Assembly (NCBI GenBank): GCA_964016885.1
Contig: OZ024742.1
Location: forward strand, 43,772,001 to 43,836,000
From: Eledone cirrhosa
Lineage: Eukaryota
DNA length: 64,000 nucleotides
Reading direction: 5' to 3'
Of the stretch, positions 26,893-43,731 are shown in pieces (the first letter of the stretch is position 1; each line of letters begins with the position of its first letter). The notes under the pieces were generated by a model. It was not told the DNA's origin and searched no databases. It saw only the letters and a program-made list of their open reading frames with translations. Position numbers and translations under genes: made by a program.

Positions 26893-27782
26893 AATTTACC
26901 AAATATATTTCTTTTCAATCGTCAACTCCGTATAACTTCTTTAAAACTTGTTGCATGAGACAGAGAACTACGCTTCGTTTTTAAATTTATTTTCTCAGGG
27001 AGGTCAACGAAATCTAGTCAAATAATTGTAAGATGATTATTTCTTTTTTGTACTTACGTTTATTTCTCACTCTATTTTAAAAGAAAAATTATTTTTTAGC
27101 TATAAGTAAAAATATATATGATAGCTGAATACGACAGAAACTTAATTTACAGCCTCAAAATTAATGACGCGAACATTTTTAAAAATAAAGAAAAAGCTTT
27201 TTGTTTTAAAGTCTTCTGCATATAATTGGTCCAATAACCTGTATTTCGGTGTATATACACACCCGATTTTGGTATGTATACACACCCGATTGAGGTGTGT
27301 ATAAAACGCGAACAATTTCGTAAAGCCCGAGAAAAGAGGACGATTGCTATTATTTACACCCAAAGATAATTGAAACTGAATGTATTATGTCCATATATGA
27401 TATTCAGCAGACACATAAAAGTCTAATTTTTAAGTGTTTGACACCGAATTAATTATTAAAAGAAAATTGTTTATACAACATAAGTATTATTTAATATAAG
27501 TAAGTTGTAGTTTTAACAACTTTTTTTTATTTTATTTCGAACTTCACACAACTTTTTAAAACTTGTTCCATGCAATACAGAAGTAACACTCTCTCACACA
27601 AATATATATATACACACACACGATGCGTTCAATTAGACAACTGACAGCTGTGGGATTATATCTACCCGACTTTTCTTTTATTTCATTTGACTTTAGAGAA
27701 ATTTAAAAAAAAAATGTTTGTAGGATACTGACTTCGTCACTTCTCACTTCATTTTACACATACAGACACACGTATATATATA

Positions 27783-27891
27783 GGAACAAGTATGACACCG
27801 ACGGCAGAGCTCAAGCCGTTTCGACGGCTTTTCTGTCCAGAAATACCCGTTGAAACGGCTTGAGCTCTGCCGTCGGGGTCATACTTGTTCC
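27783..27891. repeat. GC-rich fold-back hairpin (~45 bp stem, ~20 nt loop)
   Basis: GGAACAAGTATGACACCGACGGCAGAGCTCAAGCCGTTTCGACGG and CCGTTGAAACGGCTTGAGCTCTGCCGTCGGGGTCATACTTGTTCC. Confidence 0.9.
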
Positions 27892-28039
27892 CATTACCCA
27901 CGCTACTACACTAAGTATTGAGTACTTTGGTGCGTTATGGTCCATCTGGTTCCTTACCACAATTCCTTCGTTATATGTATATATATGTATGTATGTTATC
28001 TCTTTCTCTTAATTTCGAGTATATTTATTTGACTGGCCA

Positions 28040-28855
28040 CCTTCCTGGTGGCAAGGTTGTAAAAGAAAAGAAATTGTCATCCCTTGAATCGCAAGAATGT
28101 TTTGCAAATTTTGAAGGTGCCAGGCTATCGCAGCCATTTGTAGACTATGAATTAGGGAGCTGCGTTCTTTGTCCGCAAATCCAAGTTCAGTCATACTTTG
28201 GTCCAAGCGGGTTGGTATATAACCCGTAGCGCCAATAATGATGGGTATGAAGCTAAAGGTGTATCTTGGATACTGGATTTGTAAACTCCTCATCAATGGT
28301 TCGTAGATGTCCTCCTCCTGTATTTTTCTGACAACGTTTACAACAAGTGGGCAGCTGATCTCCACAACAGAACACGTTTTCAATGTGTAGTCCCAAACAA
28401 CAATATCAGGCCGGTTGTGCTTTAATTTGGTGACAGTTTTTATTTTCAGGTTCCACCAGTATTCCTTAGTGCCATCTGTCTCAATATATTCTTCCTCGTT
28501 TGTTGTTAATTTTGTTTTCCGAAGTCCGTTCCAGATGGTTCTAGCTATCCCATCGTGTCTCATGGGGAGGTAGTAGCGAGATGGCATTCTTTCGCAGCTG
28601 GCAACAACGTGGCTTACATCCTCGATCTTTGTTTTACATAGCCTACATTTATTGTCAGCTGATGGCCCTCCCCTTTTGTGCAGCAGATATTGGTAAGGAG
28701 TTCTTGTTCCTGTATTGCATAGAGATATGCCTCAATGTGTGATGTCATAAACTTGTCGGAACTCCATGCCAGGCTTTTTGAGTGGTCTATCCCCTCTATG
28801 GTCTGTGTGTTACGTCTCAAGTATCCATGCACAACTTTTTCTGTAAATTGGTCTA
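28040..28855 (-). mobile_element. R4/Dong-like non-LTR retrotransposon 3' fragment (CCHC finger and restriction-like endonuclease)
   Basis: CRLCKTKIEDVSHVVASC, YLPMRHDGIAR, HNRPDIVVWD..VVEISCP and IIIGATG; frameshifted; microsatellite on both sides. Confidence 0.85.
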
Positions 28856-28859
28856 TGTA

Positions 28860-28899
<40 letters not shown>

Positions 28900-29352
28900 C
28901 TTCTGGTTTTAATAATTTCACAAAGTTTTACCAATAGAGAGAGAGTCGGTTTCTAACATAGACACAAGACTCTCTCATTGGAATGTACACAACATCAACT
29001 AGGTAGATATGTATGTATGCATGCATGTGTAGATATGGATGTTATTGTATGTGTGGATGTGTGTTTTGAGTTGTATGTGTGCATGTGTATATGCTTTGTA
29101 TCTGTACATGTGCATATGCAGTTATTAGATTCAAAATTTTTGGAATGTTTTACATATTTTCACTGTTCCATTAATGGATTGTACTTATGGATGGATGGAT
29201 GGATGTATGTATGTATGTATGTATGTATGTATGTATGTATGTATGTATGTATGTATGTATGTATGTATGTATGTATGTATGTATGTATGTATGTATGTAT
29301 GTATGTATGTATGTATGTATGTATGTATGTATGTATGTATGTATGTATGTAT

Positions 29353-29940
29353 CCCACTGGTAACATGTATCCCAGTACAACCTGTCTCATGGTCGGGTCG
29401 TTGGCGACTAAACTGGCAACTCCACCAAGGTTTCTTGGTGAGGAGGGTGACTTTGGACGTCCTGCAGGACAAAAAACAAAACCTGTCAAAGGGCAAAGGA
29501 GCTCTTAAGAGTCAATGGCCATCCAAAATCACCGGGGGAGATGACCCCTTAGCCTTTGTCAAGGCAGAATTCTAGGAGAAGAAAAACTCTATAACACCTG
29601 CAACCCTGATGGTATCCAATGATGTTGACTTGTTCTTCGTTTTGGTAAATATCATCTTGGTTAAGAGAGTGGGACTGGCTTTGTGCAGTGCCTTTGCTCA
29701 CTATAAAAGCTTCACGGCACAGGCATTGCTTTATATCTGGAGATCTCACTGCACTTGTCATCACATGGTACCATGGGCCCAGCACTATGTGTCAATAATT
29801 GTCACAAGTGTAGTGTTTGTACCAGAGTTTTCAAGTCGCTGGCTGGACTAAAAAGTCACACTTGTTCAGCACATCGGTAGGGGATCTCCTACATGGATAT
29901 AAAGTAGTGGCCGTACTCGAAAATGAGTTGGCAGCCACCA
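29353..29940 (+). mobile_element. RTE-derived non-autonomous element, copy 1
   Basis: 5' UTR motif CTAGGAGAAGAAAAACTCT; 3' part encodes [17 protein letters not shown]; ends CTCGAAAATGAGTTGGCAGCCACCA followed by microsatellite. Confidence 0.85.
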
Positions 29941-30036
29941 TATGTCTATGTATGTATATATATGTCTATGTATGTATATATGTCTATGTATGTATATATG
30001 TATGTATATATATATCTATGTATGTATATATGTATG

Positions 30037-30069
<33 letters not shown>

Positions 30070-30093
30070 ATATGTATGTATATATATATACAT

Positions 30094-30697
30094 GTCACCA
30101 GTTGGTGCTACTGGTAACATGTATCCCAGTACAACCTGTCCCATGGTCGGGTCGTTGGCGACTAAACTGGCAACCCCACCAAGGTTTCTTGGTGAGGAGG
30201 GTGACTTTGGACATCCTGCAGGACTAAAAACAAAACCTGTCAAAGGGCAAAGGAGCTCTTAAGAGTCAATGGCCATCCAAAATCACCGGGAGAGATGACC
30301 CCTTAGCCTTTGTTAAGGCAGAATTCTAGGAGAAGGAAAACTCTGATATAACACCTGCAACCCTGATGGTATCCAATGATGTTGACTTGTTCTTCTTTTT
30401 GGTAAATATCATCTTGGTTAAGAGAGTGGGACTGGCTTTGTGCAGTGCCTTTGCTCACTATAAAAGCTTCACGGCACAGGCATTGCTTTATATCTGGAGA
30501 TCTCTCTGCACTTGTCGTCACATGGTACCATGGGCCCAGCACTATGTGTCAGTAATTGTCACAAGTGTAGTGTTTGTACCAGAGTTTTCAAGTCGCTGGC
30601 TGGACTAAAAAGTCACACTCGTTCAGCGCATCGGTAGGGGTTCTCCTACATGGATATAAAGTAGTGGCCGTACTCGAAAACGAGTTGGCAGCCACCA
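30094..30697 (+). mobile_element. RTE-derived non-autonomous element, copy 2
   Basis: Near-identical to the other copies. Confidence 0.85.
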
Positions 30698-30911
30698 TAT
30701 ATATATATATATATGTATGTATATATGTATGTATATATATATATATATATGTATGTATATATGTATGTATGTATATATATATATATATGTATGTATGTAT
30801 ATATATATATGTATGTATGTATATATATATATATATGTATGTATATATGTATGTATGTATATATATATATATATGTATGTATATATGTATGTATATATGT
30901 ATATATGTATG

Positions 30912-30944
<33 letters not shown>

Positions 30945-30999
30945 ATATGTATGTATATATGTATGTATATATATATATATATGTATGTATATATGTATG

Positions 31000-31032
<33 letters not shown>

Positions 31033-31041
31033 ATATGTATG

Positions 31042-31072
<31 letters not shown>

Positions 31073-31085
31073 ATATGTATGTATA

Positions 31086-31405
31086 TCATCATCATCAACG
31101 TTTAACGTCCGTGTTCCACGCTTGCATGGGTTTGGACGGGGGTAGTCCCACTTGAGGCAAGAGTGATTGTCTTGCTCGCATAGGACTGTCTGGCAGGTTT
31201 TCTACAGTTGGATGCTCTTCCTAACACCAACCACATTTACAGTGTGGGTCTGGGAGGTTTTTACCGTGTTGCCTACACGGCCACATTACAGCGTGGACTG
31301 TGTGTTTTTTTGTCGTGACACCTACACGATCTCATTTGTTTCGGCCTGGATGGCGCGGCACCAACATAACTTTACATAGAACGGGGTGGTGTGGATGGGG
31401 TGGGG
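31086..31405 (-). mobile_element. 3' UTR fragment of the (GAT)n-tailed RTE family
   Basis: Reverse-complement match to ~7790-8140; same strand and sequence family as ~56350-56650. Confidence 0.75.
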
Positions 31406-32776
31406 GTGTATGTATGTATATGTCTATGTATGTATATATATATATATGTCTATGTATGTATATATATATATATATATGTCTGTATGTATATATATGTCTA
31501 TGTCTGTATGTATATATATGTCTATGTCTGTATGTATATATATGTCTATGTCTGTATGTATATATATGTCTATGTATATATATATATATATATGTCTATG
31601 TATATATATATATATATATGTCTATGTATGTATATATATATATATATATGTCTGTATGTATATATATGTCTATGTCTGTATGTATATATATGTCTATGTC
31701 TGTATGTATATATATGTCTATGTCTGTATGTATATATATGTCTATGTCTGTATGTATATATATGTCTATGTATATATATATATATATATGTCTATGTATG
31801 TATATATATATATATATGTCTATGTATGTATATATATATATATATATATGTATGTATATATATATATATGTGTATGTATATATATATATATGTCTATGTA
31901 TGTATATATATATATATATATATGTATGTATATATATGTCTATGTATGTATGTATATATATGTCTATGTATGTATATATATATATATATATGTCTATGTA
32001 TGTATATATATATATATATGTCTATGTATGTATATATATATATATATATGTCTATGTATGTATATATATATATATATATGTCTATGTATGTATATATATA
32101 TATATGTCTATATATATATATGTCTATGTATGTATGTATATATATATATGTCTATGTATGTATATATATATATATATATGTCTATGTATGTATATATATA
32201 TATATATGTCTATGTATGTATATATATATATATATGTCTATGTATGTATATATATATATATATGTCTATGTATGTATGTATATATATATATATATGTCTA
32301 TGTATGTATGTATATATATATATATGTCTATGTATGTATGTATATATATATATGTCTATGTATGTATATATATATATATATGTCTATGTATGTATGTATA
32401 TATATATATATGTCTATGTATGTATGTATATATATATATATGTCTATGTATGTATATATATATATATGTCTATGTATGTATATATATATATATGTCTATG
32501 TATGTATATATATATATATGTCTATGTATGTATATATATATATATGTCTATGTATGTATATATATATATATGTCTATGTATATATATATATATGTCTATG
32601 TATATATATATATATGTCTATGTATATATATATATATGTCTATGTATATATATATATATGTCTATGTATATATATATATATGTCTATGTATGTATATATA
32701 TATATATGTATGTATATATATATGTATGTATGTATATATATATATATGTATGTATATATATATATATGTATGTATG

Positions 32777-32825
<49 letters not shown>

Positions 32826-32842
32826 ATATATATATATGTATG

Positions 32843-32873
<31 letters not shown>

Positions 32874-33299
32874 ATATATATATGTATGTATGTATATATA
32901 TATGTATGTATATATATATATATGTATGTATATATATATATATGTATGTATATATATATATATATATATGTATGTATATATATATATATGTATGTATATA
33001 TATATATATGTATGTATATATATATATATGTATGTATGTATATATATATATATGTATGTATGTATATATATATATATGTATATATATATATGTATGTATG
33101 TATATATATATATATGTATATATATATGTATGTATGTATATATGTATGTATGTATATATATATGTATGTATGTATATATATGTATGTATGTATATATGTA
33201 TGTATGTATATATGTATGTATGTATGTATGTATATATATATATATGTATGTATATATATATATATATGTATGTATATATATATATATGTATGTATGTAT

Positions 33300-33333
<34 letters not shown>

Positions 33334-33337
33334 GTAT

Positions 33338-33371
<34 letters not shown>

Positions 33372-33482
33372 GTATATATATATATATGTATGTATGTATG
33401 TATATATATATATATGTATGTATGTATATATATGTATGTATGTATATATATATGTATGTATGTATATATATGTATGTATGTA

Positions 33483-33515
<33 letters not shown>

Positions 33516-35439
33516 ATATATATATATGTATGTATATATATATGTATGTATGTATGTATATATATATGTATGTATGTATATATGTATGTATGTATGTATG
33601 TATATATATATATATGTATGTATATATGTATGTATGTATGTATGTATATATATATATATATGTATGTATATATATATGTATGTATGTATGTATATATATA
33701 TATATGTATGTATATATATATATATGTATGTATATATATATATATATGTATGTATGTATATATATATATGTATGTATATATATATATATGTATGTATGTA
33801 TATATATATATGTATGTATATATATATATGTATGTATATATATATATATGTATGTATGTATATGTATGTATGTATGTATGTATATATATATGTATGTATG
33901 TATGTATATATATATATATGTATGTATGTATATATATATGTATGTATGTATGTATATATATATATATGTATGTATGTATATATATATATATGTATGTATG
34001 TATATATATATATATATGTATGTATGTATGTATGTATATATATATATATGTAAGTATATATATATATATATGTATGTATGTATATATATATATATGTATA
34101 TATATATATGTATGTATATATATATATATATATGTATGTATATATATATATATATATGTATGTATATATATATATATATATGTCTATGTATGTATATATA
34201 TATATATATGTCTATGTATGTATATATATATATATATGTCTATGTATGTATATATATATATATATGTCTATGTATGTATATATATATATATATGTCTATG
34301 TATGTATATATATATATATATGTCTATGTATGTATATATATATATATATGTCTATGTATGTATATATATATATATATGTCTATGTATGTATATATATATA
34401 TATGTCTATGTATGTATATATATATATATATGTCTATGTATGTATATATATATATATGTCTATGTATGTATATATATATATATATGTCTATGTATGTATA
34501 TATATATATATGTCTATGTATGTATATATGTCTATGTATGTATGTATATATGTCTATGTATGTATATATATATATGTTTATGTATGTATATATATATATG
34601 TTTATGTATGTATATATATATATGTTTATGTATGTATATATATATGTTTATGTATGTATATATATATATGTTTATGTATGTATATATATATATGTTTATG
34701 TATGTATATATATATATGTTTATGTATGTATGTATATATATGTATGTATGTATGTATATATATATATGTATGTATGTATATATATATATGTTTATGTATG
34801 TATATATATATATGTTTATGTATGTATATATATATATGTTTATGTATGTATGTATATATATATATGTTTATGTATGTATATATATATATATATGTTTATG
34901 TATGTATGTATATATATATATGTTTATGTATGTATGTATATATATATATGTTTATGTATGTATGTATATATATATATGTTTATGTATGTATGTATATATA
35001 TATATGTTTATGTATGTATGTATATATATATATATATGTGTATGTATGTATGTATATATATATATGTTTATGTATGTATGTATATATATATATGTTTATG
35101 TATGTATGTATATATATATATGTTTATGTATGTATATACATATATGTTTATGTATGTATATATATATGTGTATGTATGTATGTATATATATATATGTTTA
35201 TGTATGTATATATATATATATGTGTATGTATGTATGTATATATATATATGTTTATGTATGTATATATATATATGTGTATGTATGTATGTATATATATATA
35301 TATGTATGTATATATATATATGTTTATGTATGTATGTATATATATATATGTTTTATGTATGTATATATATATATATGTATGTATGTATGTATATATATAT
35401 GTATGTATGTATATATATATGTATGTATGTATGTATGTA

Positions 35440-35475
<36 letters not shown>

Positions 35476-35643
35476 TGTATGTATGTATGTATGTATGTAT
35501 GTATGTATGTATGTATATATATGTATGTATGTATATATATATGTATGTATGTATATATGTATGTATGTATGTATATATATATATATGTATGTATATATAT
35601 ATATATATGTATGTATGTATATATATATATGTATGTATGTATG

Positions 35644-35727
<84 letters not shown>

Positions 35728-36139
35728 TGTATGTATATATATATATATATATATGTATGTATATATATATATATATATATGTATGTATATATGTATGTAT
35801 GTATGTATATATATATGTATGTATGTATGTATATATATATGTATGTATGTATGTATATATATATGTATGTATATATATATATATATGTATGTATGTATAT
35901 ATATATATATATATGTATGTATATATATATGTATGTATATATATATATATGTATGTATATATATATGTATGTATATATATATGTATGTATATATATATAT
36001 ATATATGTATGTATATATATATGTATGTATATATATATGTATGTATATATATATATATGTATGTATATATGTATGTATGTATATATATATATATATATGT
36101 ATGTATATATATATGTATGTATGTATATATATATGTATG

Positions 36140-36170
<31 letters not shown>

Positions 36171-36235
36171 ATATATATATATATATGTATGTATATATAT
36201 ATATATATATGTATGTATATATATATGTATATATA

Positions 36236-36831
36236 CTGGTGCTACTGGTAACATGTATCCCAGTACAACCTGACCCATGGTCGGGTCGTTGGCGACTAAA
36301 CTGGCAACCCCACCAAGGTTTCTTGGTGAGGAGGGTGACTTTGGACATCCTGCAGGACTAAAAACAAGACCTGTCAAAGGGCAAAGGAGCTCTTAAGAGT
36401 CAATGGCCATCCAAAATCACCGGGAGAGATGACCCTTTAGCCTTTGTCAAGGCAGAATTCTAGGAGAAGGAAAACTCTGATATAACACCTGCAACTCTGA
36501 TGGTATCCAATGATGTTGACTTGTTCTTCTTTTTGGTAAATATCATCTTGGTTAAGAGAGTGGGACTGGCTTTGTGCAGTGCCTTTGCTCACTATAAAAG
36601 CTTCACGGCACAGGCATTGCTTTATATCTGGAGATCTCTCTGCACTTGTCGTCACAGGGTACCATGGGCCCAGCACTATGTGTCAATATTTGTCACAAGT
36701 GTAGTGTTTGTACCAGAGTTTTCAAGTTGCTGGTTGGACTAAAAAGTCACACTCGTTCAGCGCATCGGTAGGGGTTCTCCTATATGGATATAAAGTAGTG
36801 GCCGTACTCGAAAACGAGTTGGCAGCCACCA
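36236..36831 (+). mobile_element. RTE-derived non-autonomous element, copy 3
   Basis: Near-identical to the other copies. Confidence 0.85.
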
Positions 36832-36841
36832 TATATGTATG

Positions 36842-36872
<31 letters not shown>

Positions 36873-37061
36873 ATATATATATGTATGTATGTATGTATAT
36901 ATATATATATATGTATGTATGTATATATATATATATGTATGTATATATATATATATGTATGTATGTATATATATATATATGTATGTATATATATATATAT
37001 GTATATATGTATGTATGTATGTATATATATATATATGTATGTATATATATATATATGTATG

Positions 37062-37092
<31 letters not shown>

Positions 37093-37100
37093 GTATGTAT

Positions 37101-37141
<41 letters not shown>

Positions 37142-37524
37142 TATATATATGTATGTATATATATATATATGTATGTATATATATATATGTATGTATATAT
37201 ATATGTATGTATGTATATATATGTATGTATATGTATGTATGTATATATATATGTATGTATGTATATATATATATGTATGTATGTATATATATATATATGT
37301 ATGTATATATATATATATGTATGTATATATATATATATGTATGTATATATATATATATGTATGTATATATATATATATGTATGTATATATATATATATGT
37401 ATGTATATATATTATATGTATGTATATATATATATATGTATGTATATATATATATATGTATGTATATATATATATATGTATGTATATATATATATGTATG
37501 TATATATATATATATATATGTATG

Positions 37525-37571
<47 letters not shown>

Positions 37572-37572
37572 G

Positions 37573-37603
<31 letters not shown>

Positions 37604-37696
37604 GTTATGTATATATATATATGTATGTATGTATGTCATGTATATATATGTATGTATGTATATATATGTATGTATGTATATATATATGTATGTATG

Positions 37697-37749
<53 letters not shown>

Positions 37750-37880
37750 GTATGTATATATATATATGTATATATATATATATGTATGTATATATATATA
37801 TGTATGTATATATATATATGTATGTATATATATATATGTATGTATATATATATATGTATGTATATATATATATGTATGTA

Positions 37881-37914
<34 letters not shown>

Positions 37915-37962
37915 TATATATATATATGTATGTATGTATATATATATATATATATATGTATG

Positions 37963-38058
<96 letters not shown>

Positions 38059-38069
38059 GTATATATATG

Positions 38070-38109
<40 letters not shown>

Positions 38110-38115
38110 TGTATG

Positions 38116-38189
<74 letters not shown>

Positions 38190-38211
38190 TGTATGTATAT
38201 ATATATATGTA

Positions 38212-38288
<77 letters not shown>

Positions 38289-38757
38289 TGTATGTATATA
38301 TATATATATATGTATGTATATATATATATATATGTATGTATATATATATATATGTATGTATGTATATATGTATGTATATATATATATATATGTATGTATA
38401 TATATATATATGTATGTATGTATATATATATGTATGTATGTATATATATATGTATGTATGTATATATATATGTATGTATGTATATATATATATGTATGTA
38501 TATATATATATATGTATGTATGTATATATATATATATGTATGTATGTATATATATATGTATGTATGTATGTATATATGTATGTATGTATGTATATATATA
38601 TTTATGTATGTATGTATATATATATATGTATGTATGTATATATATATATATATGTATGTATGTATATATATATATACATATATATATGTATGTATGTATA
38701 TATATATGTATGTATGTATATATATATGTATGTATGTATGTATGTATATATATATGT

Positions 38758-39168
38758 CCGGAGAGATGACCCCTTAGCCTTTGTCAAGGCAGAATTCTAG
38801 GAGAAGGAAAACTCTGATATAACACCTGCAACCCTGATGGTATCCAATGATGTTGACTTGTTCTTCTTTTTGGTAAATATCATCTTGGTTAAGAGAGTGG
38901 GACTGGCTTTGTGCAGTGCCTTTGCTCACTATAAAAGCTTCACGGCACAGGCATTGCTTTATATCTGGAGATCTCTCTGCACTTGTCGTCACATGATACC
39001 ATTTGCCCAGCACTATGTGTCAATAATTGTCACAAGTGTAGTGTCTGTACCAGAGTTTTCAAGTCGCTGGCTGGACTAAAAAGTCACACACGTTCAGCGC
39101 ATCTGTAGGGGTTCTCCTACATGGATATAAAGTAGTGGCCGTACTCGAAAACGAGTTGGCAGCCACCA
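38758..39168 (+). mobile_element. RTE-derived non-autonomous element, copy 4 (5'-truncated)
   Basis: Starts at CCGGAGAGATGACC; intact 3' end. Confidence 0.85.
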
Positions 39169-39943
39169 TATATATATGTATGTATGTATATATATATGTA
39201 TGTATGTTATGTATATATATATATATGTATGTATGTATATATATATATGTATGTATGTATATATATATATGTATGTATATATATATGTATGTATGTATGT
39301 ATATATATATATATATGTATGTATATATATATATATATGTATGTATATATATATATGTATGTATGTATATATATATATATATGTATGTATGTATATATAT
39401 ATATGTATGTATATATATATATATATGTATGTATGTATATATATATGTATGTATGTATATATATATATATGTATGTATGTATATATATATATATGTATGT
39501 ATATATATATATATGTATGTATTATATATATATATATGTATGTATGTATATATATATATATATGTATGTATGTATATATATATATATATGTATGTATGTA
39601 TATATATATATGTATGTATGTATATATATATATATGTATGTATGTATATATATATATATATGTATGTATGTATATATATATATATGTATGTATGTATATA
39701 TATATATATGTATGTATGTATATATATATATATGTATGTATGTATATATATATATATGTATGTATGTATATATATATATATGTATGTATGTATATATATA
39801 TGTATGTATGTATATATATATGTATGTATGTATATATATATGTATGTATGTATATATATATGTATGTATGTATATATATATATATATGTATGTATATATA
39901 TATATATATGTCTGTATATATATATATATATATATATATGTCT

Positions 39944-40001
<58 letters not shown>

Positions 40002-40173
40002 GTGTATATATATATAATATATATATATATGTATGTATGTCTGTATATATATGTATGTATGTCTGTATATATATGTATGTATGTCTGTATATATATGTAT
40101 GTATGTCTGTATATATATGTATGTATGTCTGTATATATATGTATGTATGTCTGTATATATATATATATGTATG

Positions 40174-40214
<41 letters not shown>

Positions 40215-40740
40215 CTGTATATATATATATATATGTATGTATGTCTGTATATATATATATATATGTATGTATGTCTGTATATATATATATATGTATGTAT
40301 GTCTGTATATATATATATATATGTATGTATGTCTGTATATATATATATATATGTATGTATGTCTGTATATATTATATATATATGTATGTATGTCTGTAAT
40401 ATATTATATATGTATGTATGTCTGTATATATATATATATATGTATGTATGTCTGTATATATATATATATTATGTATGTATGTCTGTGTATATATATATAT
40501 ATATGTATGTATGTCTGTGTATATATATATATATGTATGTCTGTATATATATATATATGTATGTATGTCTGTATATATATATATGTATGTATGTCTTGTA
40601 TATATATATATGTATGTATGTCTGTATATATATATATGTATGTATGTCTGTATATATATATATGTATGTATGTCTGTATATATATATATGTATGTATATG
40701 TATGTCTGTATATATATATATGTATGTATATGTATGTATG

Positions 40741-40773
<33 letters not shown>

Positions 40774-40867
40774 ATATATATATATGTATGTATGTATGTA
40801 TGTATATATATATATATGTATGTATGTATGTATGTATATATATCTATATGTATATATATCTATATGT

Positions 40868-41277
40868 CCGGGAGAGATGACCCCTTAGCCTTTGTCAAGG
40901 CAGAATTCTAGGAGAAGGAAAACTCTGATATAACACCTGCAACCCTGATGGTATCCAATGATGTTGACTTGTTCTTCTTTTTGGTAAATATCATCTTGGT
41001 TAAGAGAGTGGGACTGGCTTTGTGCAGTGCCTTTGCTCACTATAAAAGCTTCACGGCACAGGCATTGCTTTATATCTGGAGATCTCTTTGCATTTGTCGT
41101 CACATGGTACCATGGGCCCAGCACTGTGTCAATAATTGTCACAAGTGTAGTGTTTGTACCAGAGCTTTCAAGTCGCTGGCTGGACTAAAAAGTCACACTC
41201 GTTCAGCGCATCAGTAGGGGTTCTCCTACATGGATATAAAGTAGTGGCCGTACTCGAAAACGAGTTGGCAGCCACCA
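40868..41277 (+). mobile_element. RTE-derived non-autonomous element, copy 5 (5'-truncated)
   Basis: Starts at CCGGGAGAGATGACC; intact 3' end. Confidence 0.85.
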
Positions 41278-42075
41278 TGTAATGTATGTATGTATGTATA
41301 TATATCTATATGTATGTATATATATCTATATGTATGTATATATATTCTATATGTATGTATATATATTCTATATGTATGTATGTATGTATATATATCTATA
41401 TGTATGTATGTATGTATATATATCTATATGTATGTATGTATGTATATATATCTATATGTATGTATGTATGTATATATATCTATATGTATGTATGTATGTA
41501 TATATATCTATATGTATGTATGTATGTATATATATCTATATGTATGTATGTATGTATATATATCTATATGTATGTATGTATGTATATATATCTATATGTA
41601 TGTATGTATGTATATATATCTATATGTATGTATGTATGTATATATATCTATATGTATGTATGTATGTATATATATCTATATATATATGTATGTATGTATA
41701 TATATCTATATATATGTATGTATGTATATATATCTATATATATGTATGTATGTATATATATCTATATATATGTATGTATGTATGTATATATATCTATATA
41801 TATGTATGTATGTATGTATATATATCTATATATATGTATGTATGTATGTATATATATCTATATATATGTATGTATGTATGTATATATATCTATATATATG
41901 TATGTATGTATGTATATATATCTATATATATGTATGTATGTATGTATATCTATATATATATGTATGTATGTATGTATATGTATGTATGTATGTATATATA
42001 TATATGTATGTATATGTATGTATGTATGTATATATGTATGTATGTATGTATATATATATATATGTATGTATGTAT

Positions 42076-42109
<34 letters not shown>

Positions 42110-42328
42110 GTATATATATATATGTATGTATATATATATATGTATGTATGTATATATATATGTATGTATGTATATATATGTATGTATGTATATAGTATAT
42201 GTATGTATGTATATATATGTATGTATGTATGATATATATATGTATGTATGTATATATATGTATGTATGTATATATATATGTATGATGTATATATATATGT
42301 ATGTATTATGTATATATATGTATGTATG

Positions 42329-42361
<33 letters not shown>

Positions 42362-42964
42362 GTATTAATATGTATGTATGTATATATATATGTATGTATA
42401 TATATATGTATGTATGTATATATATATGTATGTATGTATATATATATGTATGTATATATATATGTATGTATGATATATATATATGTATGTATGTATATAT
42501 ATGTATGTATGTATATATATATGTATGTATGTATATATATATATGTATGTATAATGTATGTATATATATATGTATGTATGTATGTATATATATATGTATG
42601 TATGTATATATTATATGTATGTATGTATATATGTATATGTATGTATGTATATATATATATATGTATGTATGTATTTTATATATGTATGTATGTATGTATG
42701 TATATATGTATGTATGTATGTATGTATATATGTATGTATGTTGTATGTATATATGTATGTATGTATATATGTTTGTATATGTATATATATGTATATATAT
42801 ATATGTTTGTATGTATATATATATATATATATATGTTTGTATGTATATATATATATATATATGTTTGTTATATATATATATATATATTATATATATATAT
42901 ATGTTTATATAATAATATATTATATATATATATGTTTGTATATATATATATATATATATATGTT

Positions 42965-43032
<68 letters not shown>

Positions 43033-43062
43033 TGTATGTATATATATATATATATATATGTT

Positions 43063-43102
<40 letters not shown>

Positions 43103-43130
43103 TGTATGTATATATATATATATATGTTTG

Positions 43131-43166
<36 letters not shown>

Positions 43167-43252
43167 TGTATGTATATATATATATATATATATGTTTGTA
43201 TATATATATATATATATATATGTTTGTATGTATATATATATATATATGTTTG

Positions 43253-43288
<36 letters not shown>

Positions 43289-43451
43289 TGTATGTATATA
43301 TATATATATATATATGTTTGTATATATATATATATATATATATATGTTTGTATGTATATATATATATATATGTTGTATATATATATATATATATATGTTT
43401 GTGTATATATATATATATATATGTTTGTATATATATATATATATATATGTT

Positions 43452-43482
<31 letters not shown>

Positions 43483-43571
43483 GTTTGTATATATATATAT
43501 ATATATGTTTGTATATATATATATATATATATATATGTTTGTATATATATATATATATATATATATATGTT

Positions 43572-43605
<34 letters not shown>

Positions 43606-43641
43606 TGTATATATATATATATGTGTTTGTATGTATATATA

Positions 43642-43677
<36 letters not shown>

Positions 43678-43695
43678 TATATATGTATGTATGTA

Positions 43696-43731
<36 letters not shown>

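Noticed and set aside
41135-41217. Host C2H2 zinc-finger gene
   Set aside because: A single finger at the 3' end of every repeat copy, followed by an RTE-type tail hairpin; better explained as a LINE remnant.
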